This document shows, one piece after another, positions 18,143 to 29,903 of a stretch of 64,000 nucleotides of DNA. This DNA comes from an uncultured Roseivirgaceae bacterium (GTDB taxonomy: Bacteria; Bacteroidota; Bacteroidia; Cytophagales; Cyclobacteriaceae), in contig CAYGOF010000011.1 in assembly GCA_964351395.1 (NCBI GenBank), positions 829-64,828 on the forward strand, in the 5' to 3' direction. The notes below the pieces were generated by a model. That model did no database searches. It saw only the letters and a program-made list of their open reading frames with translations, and had not been told where the DNA came from. Made by a program: the position numbers and the translations under genes. Numbering within the stretch: position 1 is the first letter of the stretch; each line of letters starts with the position of its first letter.

Positions 18143-18643
18143 ATGAAAAAAATTAGAGTTATGCAAAAACTACTTTTTCTGGCTTTGTGCTTGTGTTTTG
18201 TATCCGGCTGTCAGCAGCCAAAAGAGAATAGCGGTGAGTCTGCCTCCAGCGAGGAGATGAATTATGCCAGTTTTGGGGCAATCATTACCGACACTGAGGC
18301 GATGCCAGTAGCGAGCTTGAATACCATGGAAGGTGATTCAGTCTACACGAAACTGCGTGGTAAGATTGTAGACGTGTGTCAGGCAAAGGGGTGTTGGATG
18401 AAGCTGGATCTAGGAAATAATGAGACGGTGCGAGTAACATTCAAAGACTACGGTTTTTTTGTCCCCAAAGACTCTAAAGGCAAAGAGGTAGTTATTGAGG
18501 GAATTGCTGTGCGTCAAATCACGTCAGTCGATGAACTTCAGCATTATGCTAAAGATGCTGGGAAAACAGCTGATGAAATTGCAGCTATCACCGAGCCGGC
18601 TCAGGAATTGGCCTTTGAGGCAGTTGGTGTCTTATTGAAATAG
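18143..18643 (+). CDS. DUF4920-like lipoprotein
   Basis: Lipoprotein signal with lipobox (LCFVSGC). The core GKIVDVCQAKGCWMKL ... VRVTFKDYGFFVPKDSKGKEVVIEG matches my recollection of the DUF4920 family. Confidence 0.7.
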   Translation: MKKIRVMQKLLFLALCLCFVSGCQQPKENSGESASSEEMNYASFGAIITDTEAMPVASLNTMEGDSVYTKLRGKIVDVCQAKGCWMKLDLGNNETVRVTFKDYGFFVPKDSKGKEVVIEGIAVRQITSVDELQHYAKDAGKTADEIAAITEPAQELAFEAVGVLLK

Positions 18644-18678
18644 AAGTCTGCGGTAGGCCAAAAAATACCGCAGACTTC
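18643..18678. terminator. Strong hairpin between convergent genes (terminator-like, no clear U-tract)
   Basis: GAAGTCTGCGGTA (18643-18655) pairs perfectly with TACCGCAGACTTC (18666-18678), with a 10-nt loop. Confidence 0.5.
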
Positions 18679-18687
18679 CGGTTCTGC

Positions 18688-19470
18688 CTATATTTTGTTG
18701 TAAGAGGTGATAATGCCTTTGATTAACGCTGAGCTGAAACCTTGATGTTCCATTTCGTTTAATCCGGCAATGGTGCAGCCCTGTGGTGTTGTCACCTTGT
18801 CGATTTCAAATTCCGGGTGGCGTCCTCCTTCCAACAGTAGGCTCGCAGCACCTTTCACGGTTTGAGTAGCAATTAGTTGAGCCACTTTGGCGTTGAATCC
18901 AATCTCGATTCCACCCTGTGACGCGGCCCGTATAAAACGCAGCGCATAAGCGATTCCGCAAGCTCCCAGGATAGTGGAAGCGTTCATTAGTTCTTCCTGT
19001 ATATAAATGGCCGACCCTAATTGAGAGAAAAGATTCTCCACCGTTGCTGATGCCTCCTTGTTGCTCTCATCTCCTGCAAGACAAGTCATTGATTCACAAA
19101 TAGCAATGGCGGTGTTGGGCATTGCCCGGTAAACAAGGGCTTGTCCACCTAAAATAGCCTTCATATCCTGGATCAAAACACCAGTAACTACGGAGATCAC
19201 AATCGGATTTTTCTTTTCGACTGCAAATTTGATTTGCTGAAGCACTTCCTTTGTTTGCTTCGGTTTAATGGCTAAAATAAGAACGTCAGCCGTTTCAACG
19301 GCCATCACGTTATCAGCACTTGTTTTTACTCCCTTTTCAGCCAAATGATCCAGTAACTGAATATTGCGGCGGGTAACGGTAATATCTTCAGCTTTCGCAT
19401 AATTCTTTTTGATGATACCCTCAGCAATAGATACACCGAGGTTGCCACCACCTATGATTGAGATCTTCAT
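18688..19470 (-). CDS. proC: Pyrroline-5-carboxylate reductase
   Basis: 260 aa. N-terminal Rossmann motif MKISIIGGGNLG. The C-terminal P5CR dimerisation region carries the TTPQGCTIAGL motif. Confidence 0.85.
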   Translation of the reverse strand: MKISIIGGGNLGVSIAEGIIKKNYAKAEDITVTRRNIQLLDHLAEKGVKTSADNVMAVETADVLILAIKPKQTKEVLQQIKFAVEKKNPIVISVVTGVLIQDMKAILGGQALVYRAMPNTAIAICESMTCLAGDESNKEASATVENLFSQLGSAIYIQEELMNASTILGACGIAYALRFIRAASQGGIEIGFNAKVAQLIATQTVKGAASLLLEGGRHPEFEIDKVTTPQGCTIAGLNEMEHQGFSSALIKGIITSYNKI

Positions 19471-19650
19471 ATTCTGTTTGCTATTTGTAAGTTATTGTAA
19501 GCCAACGCAAAGGTTAGTGAAAATTTGCTCAAGATGGAAATATGCGAAGCATTTCACCCTGAATTCCCCTGGTGCTATTGAATAAGCGAACAAAAAGGGA
19601 AAGCAATGCAATTGGTTTGTGTACAGCGGTTCGATGTAGGCTCTACTAAC

Positions 19651-19688
19651 AAAAAAAGGAGGTTTCTATTATTGAAACCTCCTTTTTG
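19651..19688 (-). terminator. Rho-independent terminator (usable in both directions)
   Basis: AGGAGGTTTC (19657-19666) pairs with GAAACCTCCT (19674-19683), flanked by A7 upstream and T5 downstream. Located 19 nt past the stop of the acyl-CoA dehydrogenase gene. Confidence 0.75.
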
Positions 19689-19706
19689 CTCACTGCAATT
19701 AGGCTG

Positions 19707-20930
19707 TTATTTAAACGCCGGTATACCAGTAATATGATTACCTAAAATCAATAGATGTATATCGTGCGTGCCTTCGTAGGTCACTACTGACTCAAGGTTC
19801 ATCATATGGCGCATGATCGGAAATTCACCCGTGATTCCCATTCCACCGTGTATTTGCCTGGCTTCACGAGCAATATCCAGTGCTGTTGCCACACTGTTTC
19901 TTTTGGCCATGGAGATCTGAGGTGTTGTGGCTTTGCCTTCCGTCATCATCTTACCCAGTTTCCAGTTAAGCAGCTGAGCTTTGGTGATCTCGGTGAGCAT
20001 CTCTGCCAATTTTTTCTGTATGAGCTGAAAACTTCCAATTGGTTTGTCAAACTGAATCCGTTCCAAGGCATATCTTCTGGCAGAGTCATAGCAATCCATC
20101 GCTGCACCAATGGCGCCCCAGGCAATACCAAAACGAGCACTATCGAGGCATTTCATAGGAGCACCCAGACCACTTTTGCCTGGCAGTAGGTTTTCTTTTG
20201 GTACTTTGACATTATCAAAAACCAACTCACCTGTGCAGCTGGCCCTTAGTGACCACTTGCCATGTGTTTCTGGCGTAGAAAAGCCTTCCATTCCGCGCTC
20301 TACAATGAGTCCGTGAATACGACCCTCCTCATTTTTGGCCCATACAACAGCAATATCTGCTTTTGGAGCATTGGAGATCCACATTTTAGCGCCGTTGAGC
20401 ACATAGTGATCACCCATGTCTTTGAAATTGGTCGTCATACCCGATGGATTTGAACCATGGTCAGGTTCTGTCAAGCCAAAGCAGCCAAGCATTTCACCAC
20501 TGGCCAGCTTGGGTAGGTATTTTTTTCTTTGTTCTTCGCTTCCAAAACTGTAAATAGGGTACATCACAAGTGAGCCCTGCACCGACGCAGTTGAGCGCAT
20601 ACCTGAATCACCTCTTTCAATTTCTTGCATGATCAAGCCGTATGAAATATAGTCGAGACCACCTCCTCCATACTCCTCGGGGATGGTTGGTCCGAAAGCG
20701 CCGACTTCACCAAATTTCCGAACAATCTCATAGGGGAAATGATTGTTTTCAGCCCAATGTTCGATATAAGGAGTGATTTCTTTTTTAACGAAGTCCCTGA
20801 CTGAGCTTCTTATCAATTGATGCTCTTCTGTGAGCAGATCATCGATTTCATAAAAGTCGGGTGATTCAAATAAATCTTGTTTTTGATTTTTAATAGGCTG
20901 TGTGCCGGGGTTTAATGTTGCTACGGACAT
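19707..20930 (-). CDS. gcdH: Acyl-CoA dehydrogenase, glutaryl-CoA dehydrogenase-like
   Basis: 407 aa. Acyl-CoA dehydrogenase signatures (GCFGLTEPDHGSNPSGMTT, WISNAP, QIHGGMGIT, EGTHDIH). The pattern and length fit the glutaryl-CoA dehydrogenase subfamily. Confidence 0.8.
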   Translation of the reverse strand: MSVATLNPGTQPIKNQKQDLFESPDFYEIDDLLTEEHQLIRSSVRDFVKKEITPYIEHWAENNHFPYEIVRKFGEVGAFGPTIPEEYGGGGLDYISYGLIMQEIERGDSGMRSTASVQGSLVMYPIYSFGSEEQRKKYLPKLASGEMLGCFGLTEPDHGSNPSGMTTNFKDMGDHYVLNGAKMWISNAPKADIAVVWAKNEEGRIHGLIVERGMEGFSTPETHGKWSLRASCTGELVFDNVKVPKENLLPGKSGLGAPMKCLDSARFGIAWGAIGAAMDCYDSARRYALERIQFDKPIGSFQLIQKKLAEMLTEITKAQLLNWKLGKMMTEGKATTPQISMAKRNSVATALDIAREARQIHGGMGITGEFPIMRHMMNLESVVTYEGTHDIHLLILGNHITGIPAFK

Positions 20931-20997
20931 GCTAATTTTTGGTTAAATCGCTGTAAACGTTCAAATTTACAACTAAATCAATTAATTCCTTTGTTTG

Positions 20998-21960
20998 ATG
21001 GCCAATTCGGAAAAAGATCAAAAGATCGTGTCTCAGATAAGAAAGCTGGAGGAGAAATACGAGGCGATGGGGCAGGACTTATCGTCCTATCTGGATGGCT
21101 TATTGCATTCAGATTACCTTACGTATTGGGATTATATTCACCTCGATACATTGCTTAGTCTTCAAACACCCCGTACTGGTTTTCCAGACGAGAAAATATT
21201 TATTCTTTATCACCAGATCACAGAGTTGTATTTTCAGTTGATTCGAAATGAAATGACGCAGTTGTCGTTCGACGATGCTGATGATCTTGTTCTTTTCAAG
21301 ACTCGAATCAAACGTATTATCAGGTATTGGAAGCACTTGGTCGATTCTTTTGAAGTGATGATTGACGGGATGGATCCTGCGCAATTTCTCAAATTCCGAA
21401 TGGCGCTGCTTCCGGCCAGTGGGTTTCAATCGGCACAATATAGACTGATTGAGATTGGATCAACATCTCTGCCCAATTTATTGGAAGGGGAATATCGGGG
21501 AAAGATGCCAGCCGATGCGGCAGTAGAAACACTGATGGAAAATCTTTATTGGAAACGTGGTGCCACAGAATTAGCCACAAAGAAAAAGACCCTGACCTTA
21601 CGGCAGTTTGAAGAAAAGTATCTTTCTGAGTTTACAGCGTTTGCAAAAAAGGTGTCTGGTAGAACTGTTTGGGAGGTATACCAGGGTAAATATGAAAAAC
21701 ATCAAGACCATGAGCTTATTGAATTAATGAGAGGGCTAGACCACGAAGCCAATGTGAAATGGCCATTGTCTCATTTTAAATCTGCCACACGCTACTTGCA
21801 AAGAGAACCAGAAGTAATAGCAGCTACTGGAGGCACCAACTGGCAGAAATACCTTCCTCCACGTTTTCAAATGGTTACTTTTTTTCCGGGATTATGGACT
21901 GCCGATGAGATGGCAACCTGGGGCAGATCTGCAGATATAAGTACACAGCCAAGCCATTAG
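20998..21960 (+). CDS. kynA: Tryptophan 2,3-dioxygenase
   Basis: TDO-family motifs: YWDYIHLDTLLSLQ, LYHQITELYF, LPASGFQSAQYRLIE. The ATG at 20998 follows the in-frame TTG used by the ORF track. Confidence 0.8.
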   Translation: MANSEKDQKIVSQIRKLEEKYEAMGQDLSSYLDGLLHSDYLTYWDYIHLDTLLSLQTPRTGFPDEKIFILYHQITELYFQLIRNEMTQLSFDDADDLVLFKTRIKRIIRYWKHLVDSFEVMIDGMDPAQFLKFRMALLPASGFQSAQYRLIEIGSTSLPNLLEGEYRGKMPADAAVETLMENLYWKRGATELATKKKTLTLRQFEEKYLSEFTAFAKKVSGRTVWEVYQGKYEKHQDHELIELMRGLDHEANVKWPLSHFKSATRYLQREPEVIAATGGTNWQKYLPPRFQMVTFFPGLWTADEMATWGRSADISTQPSH

Positions 21961-21963
21961 ACC

Positions 21964-23826
21964 ATGTTGAGTTCGTTCCTGAAATATATTTTTCTTTTCA
22001 CCTGCATCCTGCTTGGTATGGTTAATCCCTTGCAGGCACAGGATGAGAAATACATATATTATGATCAGGAGAAGAAGTTTTTGAAGGAAAAATATCATGT
22101 GTCGTATGCTAATCCTACCGAATTACAGGGGGCTTATGAGGCTTTTTATCTTTCAGGCAACAAACAAATGGAAGGGAACTACAGCCGGGGCAAACCCTCT
22201 GGCCTTTGGGTGTACTACTTCGAAAATGGCGGATTGAAGATGAGGGGATATCTTGAAAACGGTATTCCTTTTGGTAATTGGGAATATTTCTACGAAAGTG
22301 GAAGAAAAAGCATGCAGGGTAGCCTGTTTGGGGAAGTGAGAGGTGGAAGATGGACCTTCTACTTTGAAAATGGTGATATCAAAAGCGAGGGCATTTTTAA
22401 AGATGGTGTCCGGCAGGGCATATGGAACTATTTTTATGAAGGTGGCGCATTGAAGGCGCAAGCATTTTATGAAAATGGAAATGGTATTTATAAAGAATTT
22501 TACTCGTCAGGCCAGCTGAAGGCTGAAGGCCTTAATCAGGGTGGAAAGAGTGAGGGTAATTGGACTTTTTACTTTGAGGATGGCAGCAAACAGGCAGAAG
22601 GTCTTTTTGCAGGTGGTGAGCGTGTTGGGGACTGGAAGTATTTTCATGCCAATGGTCAGGTTTCTGCAGAAGGTGCATTCGAAGAAGGTAGCAAAGAGGG
22701 CAATTGGCGTTATTACCATGAAGATGGTAGCATAAGCGCAGAGGGGAAACTGGTTGAGGGCAAAAAGGACGGTTCCTGGAAGCTGTTTGAACGAGATGGC
22801 CAAACGAAGGGTAGTGTGGTGTACGATGATGGTTTAGGTGTCTATACAGAGTATTTTGAAAGCGGTAAAATAAAAGTGAAAGGCCAGCTTAAAGAAGATG
22901 TGAAGGTCGGCCAATGGTATTATTACTTTGAAAGTGGCGTGCTTGAAGGGGAGTGTTTTTTCATTGATGGGACGGGCCTCTACAAAGGCTACTATGAAGA
23001 TGGCACGTTGAAAATGGAAGGACAGGTGCGGGATGGAGATCGGGTAGGGGAATGGAAGCTATATCATGAAGATGGGGTCTTGGCAGGTCTTTACCGACCA
23101 ATTTATGAAGATGATAAACCTGTCTTTAGATTGACCGAAACGGGAGAATCAGACCCTGAGAGAGCGCCTTATAACAAGCCAGAGTATAAATTTAAAAACA
23201 GAAATTCGCGATACTTTACGCCACGTGTCGGGGAGTTTAGAGGGTGGATCGTGGCCACCAATCCCCTAGCACCTTTGCTGGGCACATTGCCGGTATCGCT
23301 TGAATATTACTCGCAAGAACGGCTCGGGTACGAGGTGCAGTTCATCTTTCAGAAACAGCCATTTTTCAGAAGTTTCTCTTCGGTGCGCGATAACCAGATT
23401 TTTTTACAAGGGAGTAAGATCAAACTTCGGCAGAAGTTTTACGATACAGATAATTTATTTGGCATGTTCTACTTCGGTCAGGAGGTAGCGTTTTCTTCGA
23501 TTGACCATAAGTCCCATGTCATTGATTCAACTGGCGTGGCGAATCAGCGAATCACCATTGGCCTGCAGGAACAAAAAATAGAGTATGGATTGTTCATTGG
23601 GAACCGGTGGCTGCCTAACCCGGGCAATGGAGGCTTTACAGTAGATGCCTACCTTGGTGCTGGCATTGGCTATAGGTTGGTGAGGAAAGATTTTCCTGAG
23701 ACGCCGGAACGAAACCGGGTCTTTTCTGGTATTAACCAGAGCAATATTTCTTTTCCCATAGTGGTGGGAGTAAATATTGGTTTCTTATTTGGACCCAAAA
23801 ATGGACCAGGCTATTTCCCTTACTAA
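21964..23826 (+). CDS. MORN-variant (YwqK-like) repeat protein with a C-terminal beta-barrel-like domain
   Basis: Signal peptide, then about 14 repeats of G.W.(Y/F)Y(F/H)E(N/D)G..K.EG. The C-terminal ~200 aa show alternating hydrophobic beta-strand patterns (GFTVDAYLGAGIGYRLV, ISFPIVVGVNIGFLFG). Confidence 0.75.
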   Translation: MLSSFLKYIFLFTCILLGMVNPLQAQDEKYIYYDQEKKFLKEKYHVSYANPTELQGAYEAFYLSGNKQMEGNYSRGKPSGLWVYYFENGGLKMRGYLENGIPFGNWEYFYESGRKSMQGSLFGEVRGGRWTFYFENGDIKSEGIFKDGVRQGIWNYFYEGGALKAQAFYENGNGIYKEFYSSGQLKAEGLNQGGKSEGNWTFYFEDGSKQAEGLFAGGERVGDWKYFHANGQVSAEGAFEEGSKEGNWRYYHEDGSISAEGKLVEGKKDGSWKLFERDGQTKGSVVYDDGLGVYTEYFESGKIKVKGQLKEDVKVGQWYYYFESGVLEGECFFIDGTGLYKGYYEDGTLKMEGQVRDGDRVGEWKLYHEDGVLAGLYRPIYEDDKPVFRLTETGESDPERAPYNKPEYKFKNRNSRYFTPRVGEFRGWIVATNPLAPLLGTLPVSLEYYSQERLGYEVQFIFQKQPFFRSFSSVRDNQIFLQGSKIKLRQKFYDTDNLFGMFYFGQEVAFSSIDHKSHVIDSTGVANQRITIGLQEQKIEYGLFIGNRWLPNPGNGGFTVDAYLGAGIGYRLVRKDFPETPERNRVFSGINQSNISFPIVVGVNIGFLFGPKNGPGYFPY

Positions 23827-24195
23827 ATGAGCAAGAAAACTGTAATAGTAGGAGCTACTACTAATGAGACGAGGTATGCACACATCGCCGCTGGCAGGCT
23901 AACCGAGGCAGGGCATGAAATAGTGCCAATAGGCATAAAAAAAGGAAGTGTTTTGGGTAAGGAAATACTTGATATAGCAATGAAGCCCGCAATCCCGGAT
24001 GTCGATACCGTGACAATGTATGTTGGACCTCATCACCAGAAAGATATGTATTCCTATATCCGTGGGCTGCAACCGAAAAGAGTAGTGTTCAACCCCGGTA
24101 CTGAAAACCCGGAATTGGAAGAGCTTCTTTCAAATGATGGTGTGGAGGTGGTTGAAGGTTGCACTTTGGTGATGCTTGCGACCCAGCAATACTAA
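23827..24195 (+). CDS. CoA-binding domain protein (YccU-like)
   Basis: 122 aa. VIVGATTNETRYAHIAAGRL ... VPIGIKKG ... fits the CoA_binding_2 pattern. The start codon directly abuts the upstream stop (TAAATG). Confidence 0.75.
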   Translation: MSKKTVIVGATTNETRYAHIAAGRLTEAGHEIVPIGIKKGSVLGKEILDIAMKPAIPDVDTVTMYVGPHHQKDMYSYIRGLQPKRVVFNPGTENPELEELLSNDGVEVVEGCTLVMLATQQY

Positions 24196-25604
24196 GGCTC
24201 ATTTGTAAAGGCCTTATAGTCTGTTAATATATTATGGGAAGTCATGTATTCTTTTAGATATTCAACGGTTTCGGCTTCCTCTCTCCCAAAATTCTTAATC
24301 AACTCGTTGTTGAAAAAAAACACATTCAGGTTGCTTAGCGAGGTGATTTCTTTTGGAAAAGACCTAATGTCGTTGTTGGATACCTTCAGTTCCCTAAGCT
24401 TCTTTAAGCGTAGCGCAAAGCCTGGAAATTCACTTAGATAATTGTTGTTGACATGTAGCACTTCAAGTTGCGTCAGGCGACCAAAGCTCTCAGGTAAATA
24501 GCTCAACCGATTGTGGTGTAAATAAAGGTATTTCAGGTGTGTTAGCTCAGCTATTTCCTCGGGCACAGAAAAGAGCTTATTGTAGGACGTAAAAAGGATT
24601 TCCAGCTCACTCAAGTTTTTGATGGCAGGATCAATGATTTCCAGCTCATTGTGGTAAATATCAATGACTTTTAGGTGGCGAAGCTCATAAAAGCTTTCAG
24701 GAAGTTTCTTAATTCTGTTATTGTACATAGAAAATGCCTCCAACTCGGTAAAACCATCGATCCAATTCGGGATTTCACTGATGGCGTTGTTGTTGAATTG
24801 AAGGTTGCGCAATTGCCCGAGCGCCAAAAGGTTGGGAGTGAGGTAATTGACGTCGTTGTAGTCAAGGTTGAGCAGTTGAAGCCTTTTAAAAGACTTCAAA
24901 TTTTGTCCGTCGGTTTGGATGCAGTTGTTCTCCAGTTTCATGGCCTTGAGCGTTCTGATTTTTCCAACCCGTACCGGTAGAGCATTCAGGTCGTTATTCA
25001 TCATCACTAATTCCTCAAGTCGCCTCAGTCGACTGATTTGGCGGGGGACTACCTTAAGATCGTTTCTATTGAGATACACTTTTTCAATCCGCCAATTCCA
25101 GCCTATTTTCAATCCGAGGCTGTCTATTCGATTATTAGAAAGGTCGATGATGCTGAGCTGTTTTAAGCCCCTAAGCTTCCCAGGCAATTTGTCAATATTA
25201 TTATTTCCCAAATCGAGAGATTCTAATGATTTGAACTGATACACAAAGGCCGGAATCTTATCGAGCTTGTTTCCGACAAGAGAGATCCTTTTCAGCGAAT
25301 CAAATGGAAGGCCGTCCAAGTCAGCTTCACGAAAGTAGGTGCCATTTAATTGGAGACTTTTAATATGAGAATAGCCTACTAAAGCCATCTTAATGCTGTC
25401 TGATGGGCAGTAGGCGAGGTTGAGGTGTTCAACGGTGTCTTTGCGTTGATTGTCAATGGCATTGCGGAGGTTAAAATGCCCCATTTCTACAGCAAACTTG
25501 CTTCGTGCAACTGATTCTTTTTTGGACAAAGAAGATCTTTGCGCCAACAAAAAACCAGGTAAAATAGCCAATAGAAACGCAATGGGTATGCATTTACTTT
25601 TCAT
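24192..25604 (-). CDS. Secreted leucine-rich repeat (LRR) protein
   Basis: Signal peptide followed by about 16 repeats of the 23-residue LRR unit (L..L..L.L..N.L..LP..I..L). Confidence 0.85.
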   Translation of the reverse strand: MKSKCIPIAFLLAILPGFLLAQRSSLSKKESVARSKFAVEMGHFNLRNAIDNQRKDTVEHLNLAYCPSDSIKMALVGYSHIKSLQLNGTYFREADLDGLPFDSLKRISLVGNKLDKIPAFVYQFKSLESLDLGNNNIDKLPGKLRGLKQLSIIDLSNNRIDSLGLKIGWNWRIEKVYLNRNDLKVVPRQISRLRRLEELVMMNNDLNALPVRVGKIRTLKAMKLENNCIQTDGQNLKSFKRLQLLNLDYNDVNYLTPNLLALGQLRNLQFNNNAISEIPNWIDGFTELEAFSMYNNRIKKLPESFYELRHLKVIDIYHNELEIIDPAIKNLSELEILFTSYNKLFSVPEEIAELTHLKYLYLHHNRLSYLPESFGRLTQLEVLHVNNNYLSEFPGFALRLKKLRELKVSNNDIRSFPKEITSLSNLNVFFFNNELIKNFGREEAETVEYLKEYMTSHNILTDYKAFTNEP

Positions 25605-25671
25605 GCCATAAAACTAAAGATTTAGTTGATTATTTCCTACTCTTAAACATGTATAAGAGTGATAATTATAC

Positions 25672-25679
25672 TATTTTTG
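25672..25679 (+). promoter_or_regulatory. Bacteroidota-type -7 promoter box (TATTTTTG, consensus TAnnTTTG) upstream of gyrB
   Basis: Exact match to TAnnTTTG, 20 nt upstream of the gyrB ATG in an AT-rich intergenic region. Confidence 0.3.
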
Positions 25680-25695
25680 CCTAGCTTAAAAATGA

Positions 25696-27660
<1,965 letters not shown>

Positions 27661-27686
27661 ATAATCGAATCTGAAAAGCTATTTTA

Positions 27687-27713
27687 GGGTTCGACATTGT
27701 TGAACCCTTTTTT
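27687..27713 (+). terminator. Rho-independent terminator of gyrB
   Basis: GGGTTC ... GAACCC hairpin (27687-27707) followed by TTTTTT. Confidence 0.75.
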
Positions 27714-27733
27714 GTTGATAAATATTGAACCAT

Positions 27734-29857
27734 ATGAGCGACCTGATCCTAAAAGACCGCTACTCTACACAAATTGATAATAGTGAGCTAATTAGCCGCG
27801 ACCTGAGCTGGCTAAAGTTCAACCATAGGGTGCTCGATCAGGCAAAAAAGGAGGGTCGTCCCTTGTTGGATAGGCTAAAATTTCTGGCTATCACAGCATC
27901 CAATGCGGATGAGTTTTTTATGATCAGAATGGGCTCGCTTTATAACTACCTTGATTATGGTAAGGAAAGGGTCGATTTATCTGGGCTGAAGGCTGTTCCA
28001 TTTAAGCGCAGGTTACTCAGTGAATTCAAGATTTTCACTAAAGAGCAAACAGACCATTACGTTGAAAATCTATTGCCTGAACTTCCCGGTAATGGTATCA
28101 GGATCACTCAGGTAGAAAATCTTCAAAAGAAGGAACAGGAAAGGGTGAAAAATTACTTTCAAAAAGTAGTGCACCCCATGTTGACCCCGATGGTCTACGA
28201 TTCTTTTCACACTTTCCCAATACTCGTCAACAACGTCCTCATTTTTGGTGTGGTCACCAAAAGCAGAGAAGAACATGAGGAAAAAAGGAAGATGTCTTTT
28301 ATTCAGATTCCTGCCAACCTGCCCAGGTTCTATGAAATTGAAAGAAATGACAATTTCTATTTTGTGCCCATTGAGGACATCGTGAGGACTTATATTGATT
28401 CTTTTTTTAAGAATGTAGAGATTATTTCAGAGACCCTGTTTAGGGTAACCAGAAATGGTGATTTTACATTGGAAGAATCAGAGGACCTTGAGGCCAACTT
28501 CATCGATGAATTAAAGAGCAAGCTAAGGACAAGAAAAACCGGCCGTGTCGTTCGGATTGAAGTGGAAGACAAGTACGACAAGTGGTTGATGAAGCAACTC
28601 AAAGTTCGATGGGAACTGGATGAAGAGAATATCATTACGGTCCAAAAGCCCGGACTTATAGATTACACAGGACTTTGGCAGATCGTGAAGCATCCTGAGC
28701 TGACTCACCTTTGTACGCCTATTCCGGCACCGGTTCAACCGGTTAGCATTAGTCATGACGCTGACGACAATATCTTCAAGATATTGAAGCGAAAGGATAT
28801 CATGCTTCATCACCCGTACAATTCGTTTGAGCCGTTGATGAACTTGCTGGACAAAGCTGCATCTGATCCTTATGTGCTATCTATTAAGTTAACGATATAT
28901 CGCCTTGCAAAAAATAGTCGGATCATCGAAGCACTTTTGAATGCCGCTGAAAATGGTAAACACGTATCGGTATTGTTTGAAGTAAAGGCTCGTTTTGATG
29001 AAGAAAACAACATGCGGGAAGCAAAGCGTCTCCAAAAGGCAGGCTGCTTTGTCATTTATGGGGTGGGCCTTTTAAAGACCCATACCAAGCTGATGCTTAT
29101 CGTTCGAAAGGACGGGGAGAAGGTTACCCGCTACGTGCATCTCGCCAGTGGTAATTACAACGAAGCTACAGCCAGACTTTATACCGACATAGGTATTCTC
29201 AGTACAAATGAAGTGTATGCCAGCGATGTATCGGAGTTCTTTAATGCCATTACCGGGCATTCCTATCCGGAGAAATATGAAAACCTGATTACTGCACCGC
29301 GGGAAATGAGAAAGTCGCTGATCGACCTTGTGCTCAACGAGGCCAACAACGCTAAAGCTGGTCTGCCAAGTGGCATTGTGATCAAGATCAATTCGCTTCA
29401 GGACATAGACGTGATCAAGGCTTTGTATCAGGCATCGCAGGCAGGTGTGAAAATAAATTTAACGGTAAGGGGCATTTGTTGTCTCAGACCTGGTCGACCT
29501 GGCTTGAGCGAAAACATTACAGTAAGCTCAATCGTGGGTGAATACCTCGAGCATTCGCGGATTTTCTATTTCCATAACAATGGAGATCCCAAAGTCTATG
29601 CTGGTAGCGCCGACATTATGGTACGAAGTTTCGATAGAAGGCTAGAGTCGCTGTTCCTGATCAATGATCCCTTCTTAAAAAAACAAGCGATCAATATTCT
29701 CAAGTTTAATCAGAAAGACAATTACAATAAGTATGTAATGCAGGAGGATGGTAGTTATGTGGCTGTGACACCGGCAGAAAATGAGCCTATCTTTAATATT
29801 CATAAGGAATTCTACAGAGTGACACGGGACATCATAGAAACTGCCTCGCTTTTTTAA
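27734..29857 (+). CDS. ppk: Polyphosphate kinase 1
   Basis: PPK1 signatures: LSWLKFNHRVLDQA, FLAITASNADEFFMIR, two PLD-like HxK regions (LKTHTKLMLIV, EHSRIFYF). ATG at 27734; the ORF track starts at an upstream TTG (27725). Confidence 0.95.
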   Translation: MSDLILKDRYSTQIDNSELISRDLSWLKFNHRVLDQAKKEGRPLLDRLKFLAITASNADEFFMIRMGSLYNYLDYGKERVDLSGLKAVPFKRRLLSEFKIFTKEQTDHYVENLLPELPGNGIRITQVENLQKKEQERVKNYFQKVVHPMLTPMVYDSFHTFPILVNNVLIFGVVTKSREEHEEKRKMSFIQIPANLPRFYEIERNDNFYFVPIEDIVRTYIDSFFKNVEIISETLFRVTRNGDFTLEESEDLEANFIDELKSKLRTRKTGRVVRIEVEDKYDKWLMKQLKVRWELDEENIITVQKPGLIDYTGLWQIVKHPELTHLCTPIPAPVQPVSISHDADDNIFKILKRKDIMLHHPYNSFEPLMNLLDKAASDPYVLSIKLTIYRLAKNSRIIEALLNAAENGKHVSVLFEVKARFDEENNMREAKRLQKAGCFVIYGVGLLKTHTKLMLIVRKDGEKVTRYVHLASGNYNEATARLYTDIGILSTNEVYASDVSEFFNAITGHSYPEKYENLITAPREMRKSLIDLVLNEANNAKAGLPSGIVIKINSLQDIDVIKALYQASQAGVKINLTVRGICCLRPGRPGLSENITVSSIVGEYLEHSRIFYFHNNGDPKVYAGSADIMVRSFDRRLESLFLINDPFLKKQAINILKFNQKDNYNKYVMQEDGSYVAVTPAENEPIFNIHKEFYRVTRDIIETASLF

Positions 29858-29903
29858 TAGAAAAATTCTATTCATATATCAGGAAAGCTGCTTAACCAGC
29901 TTG

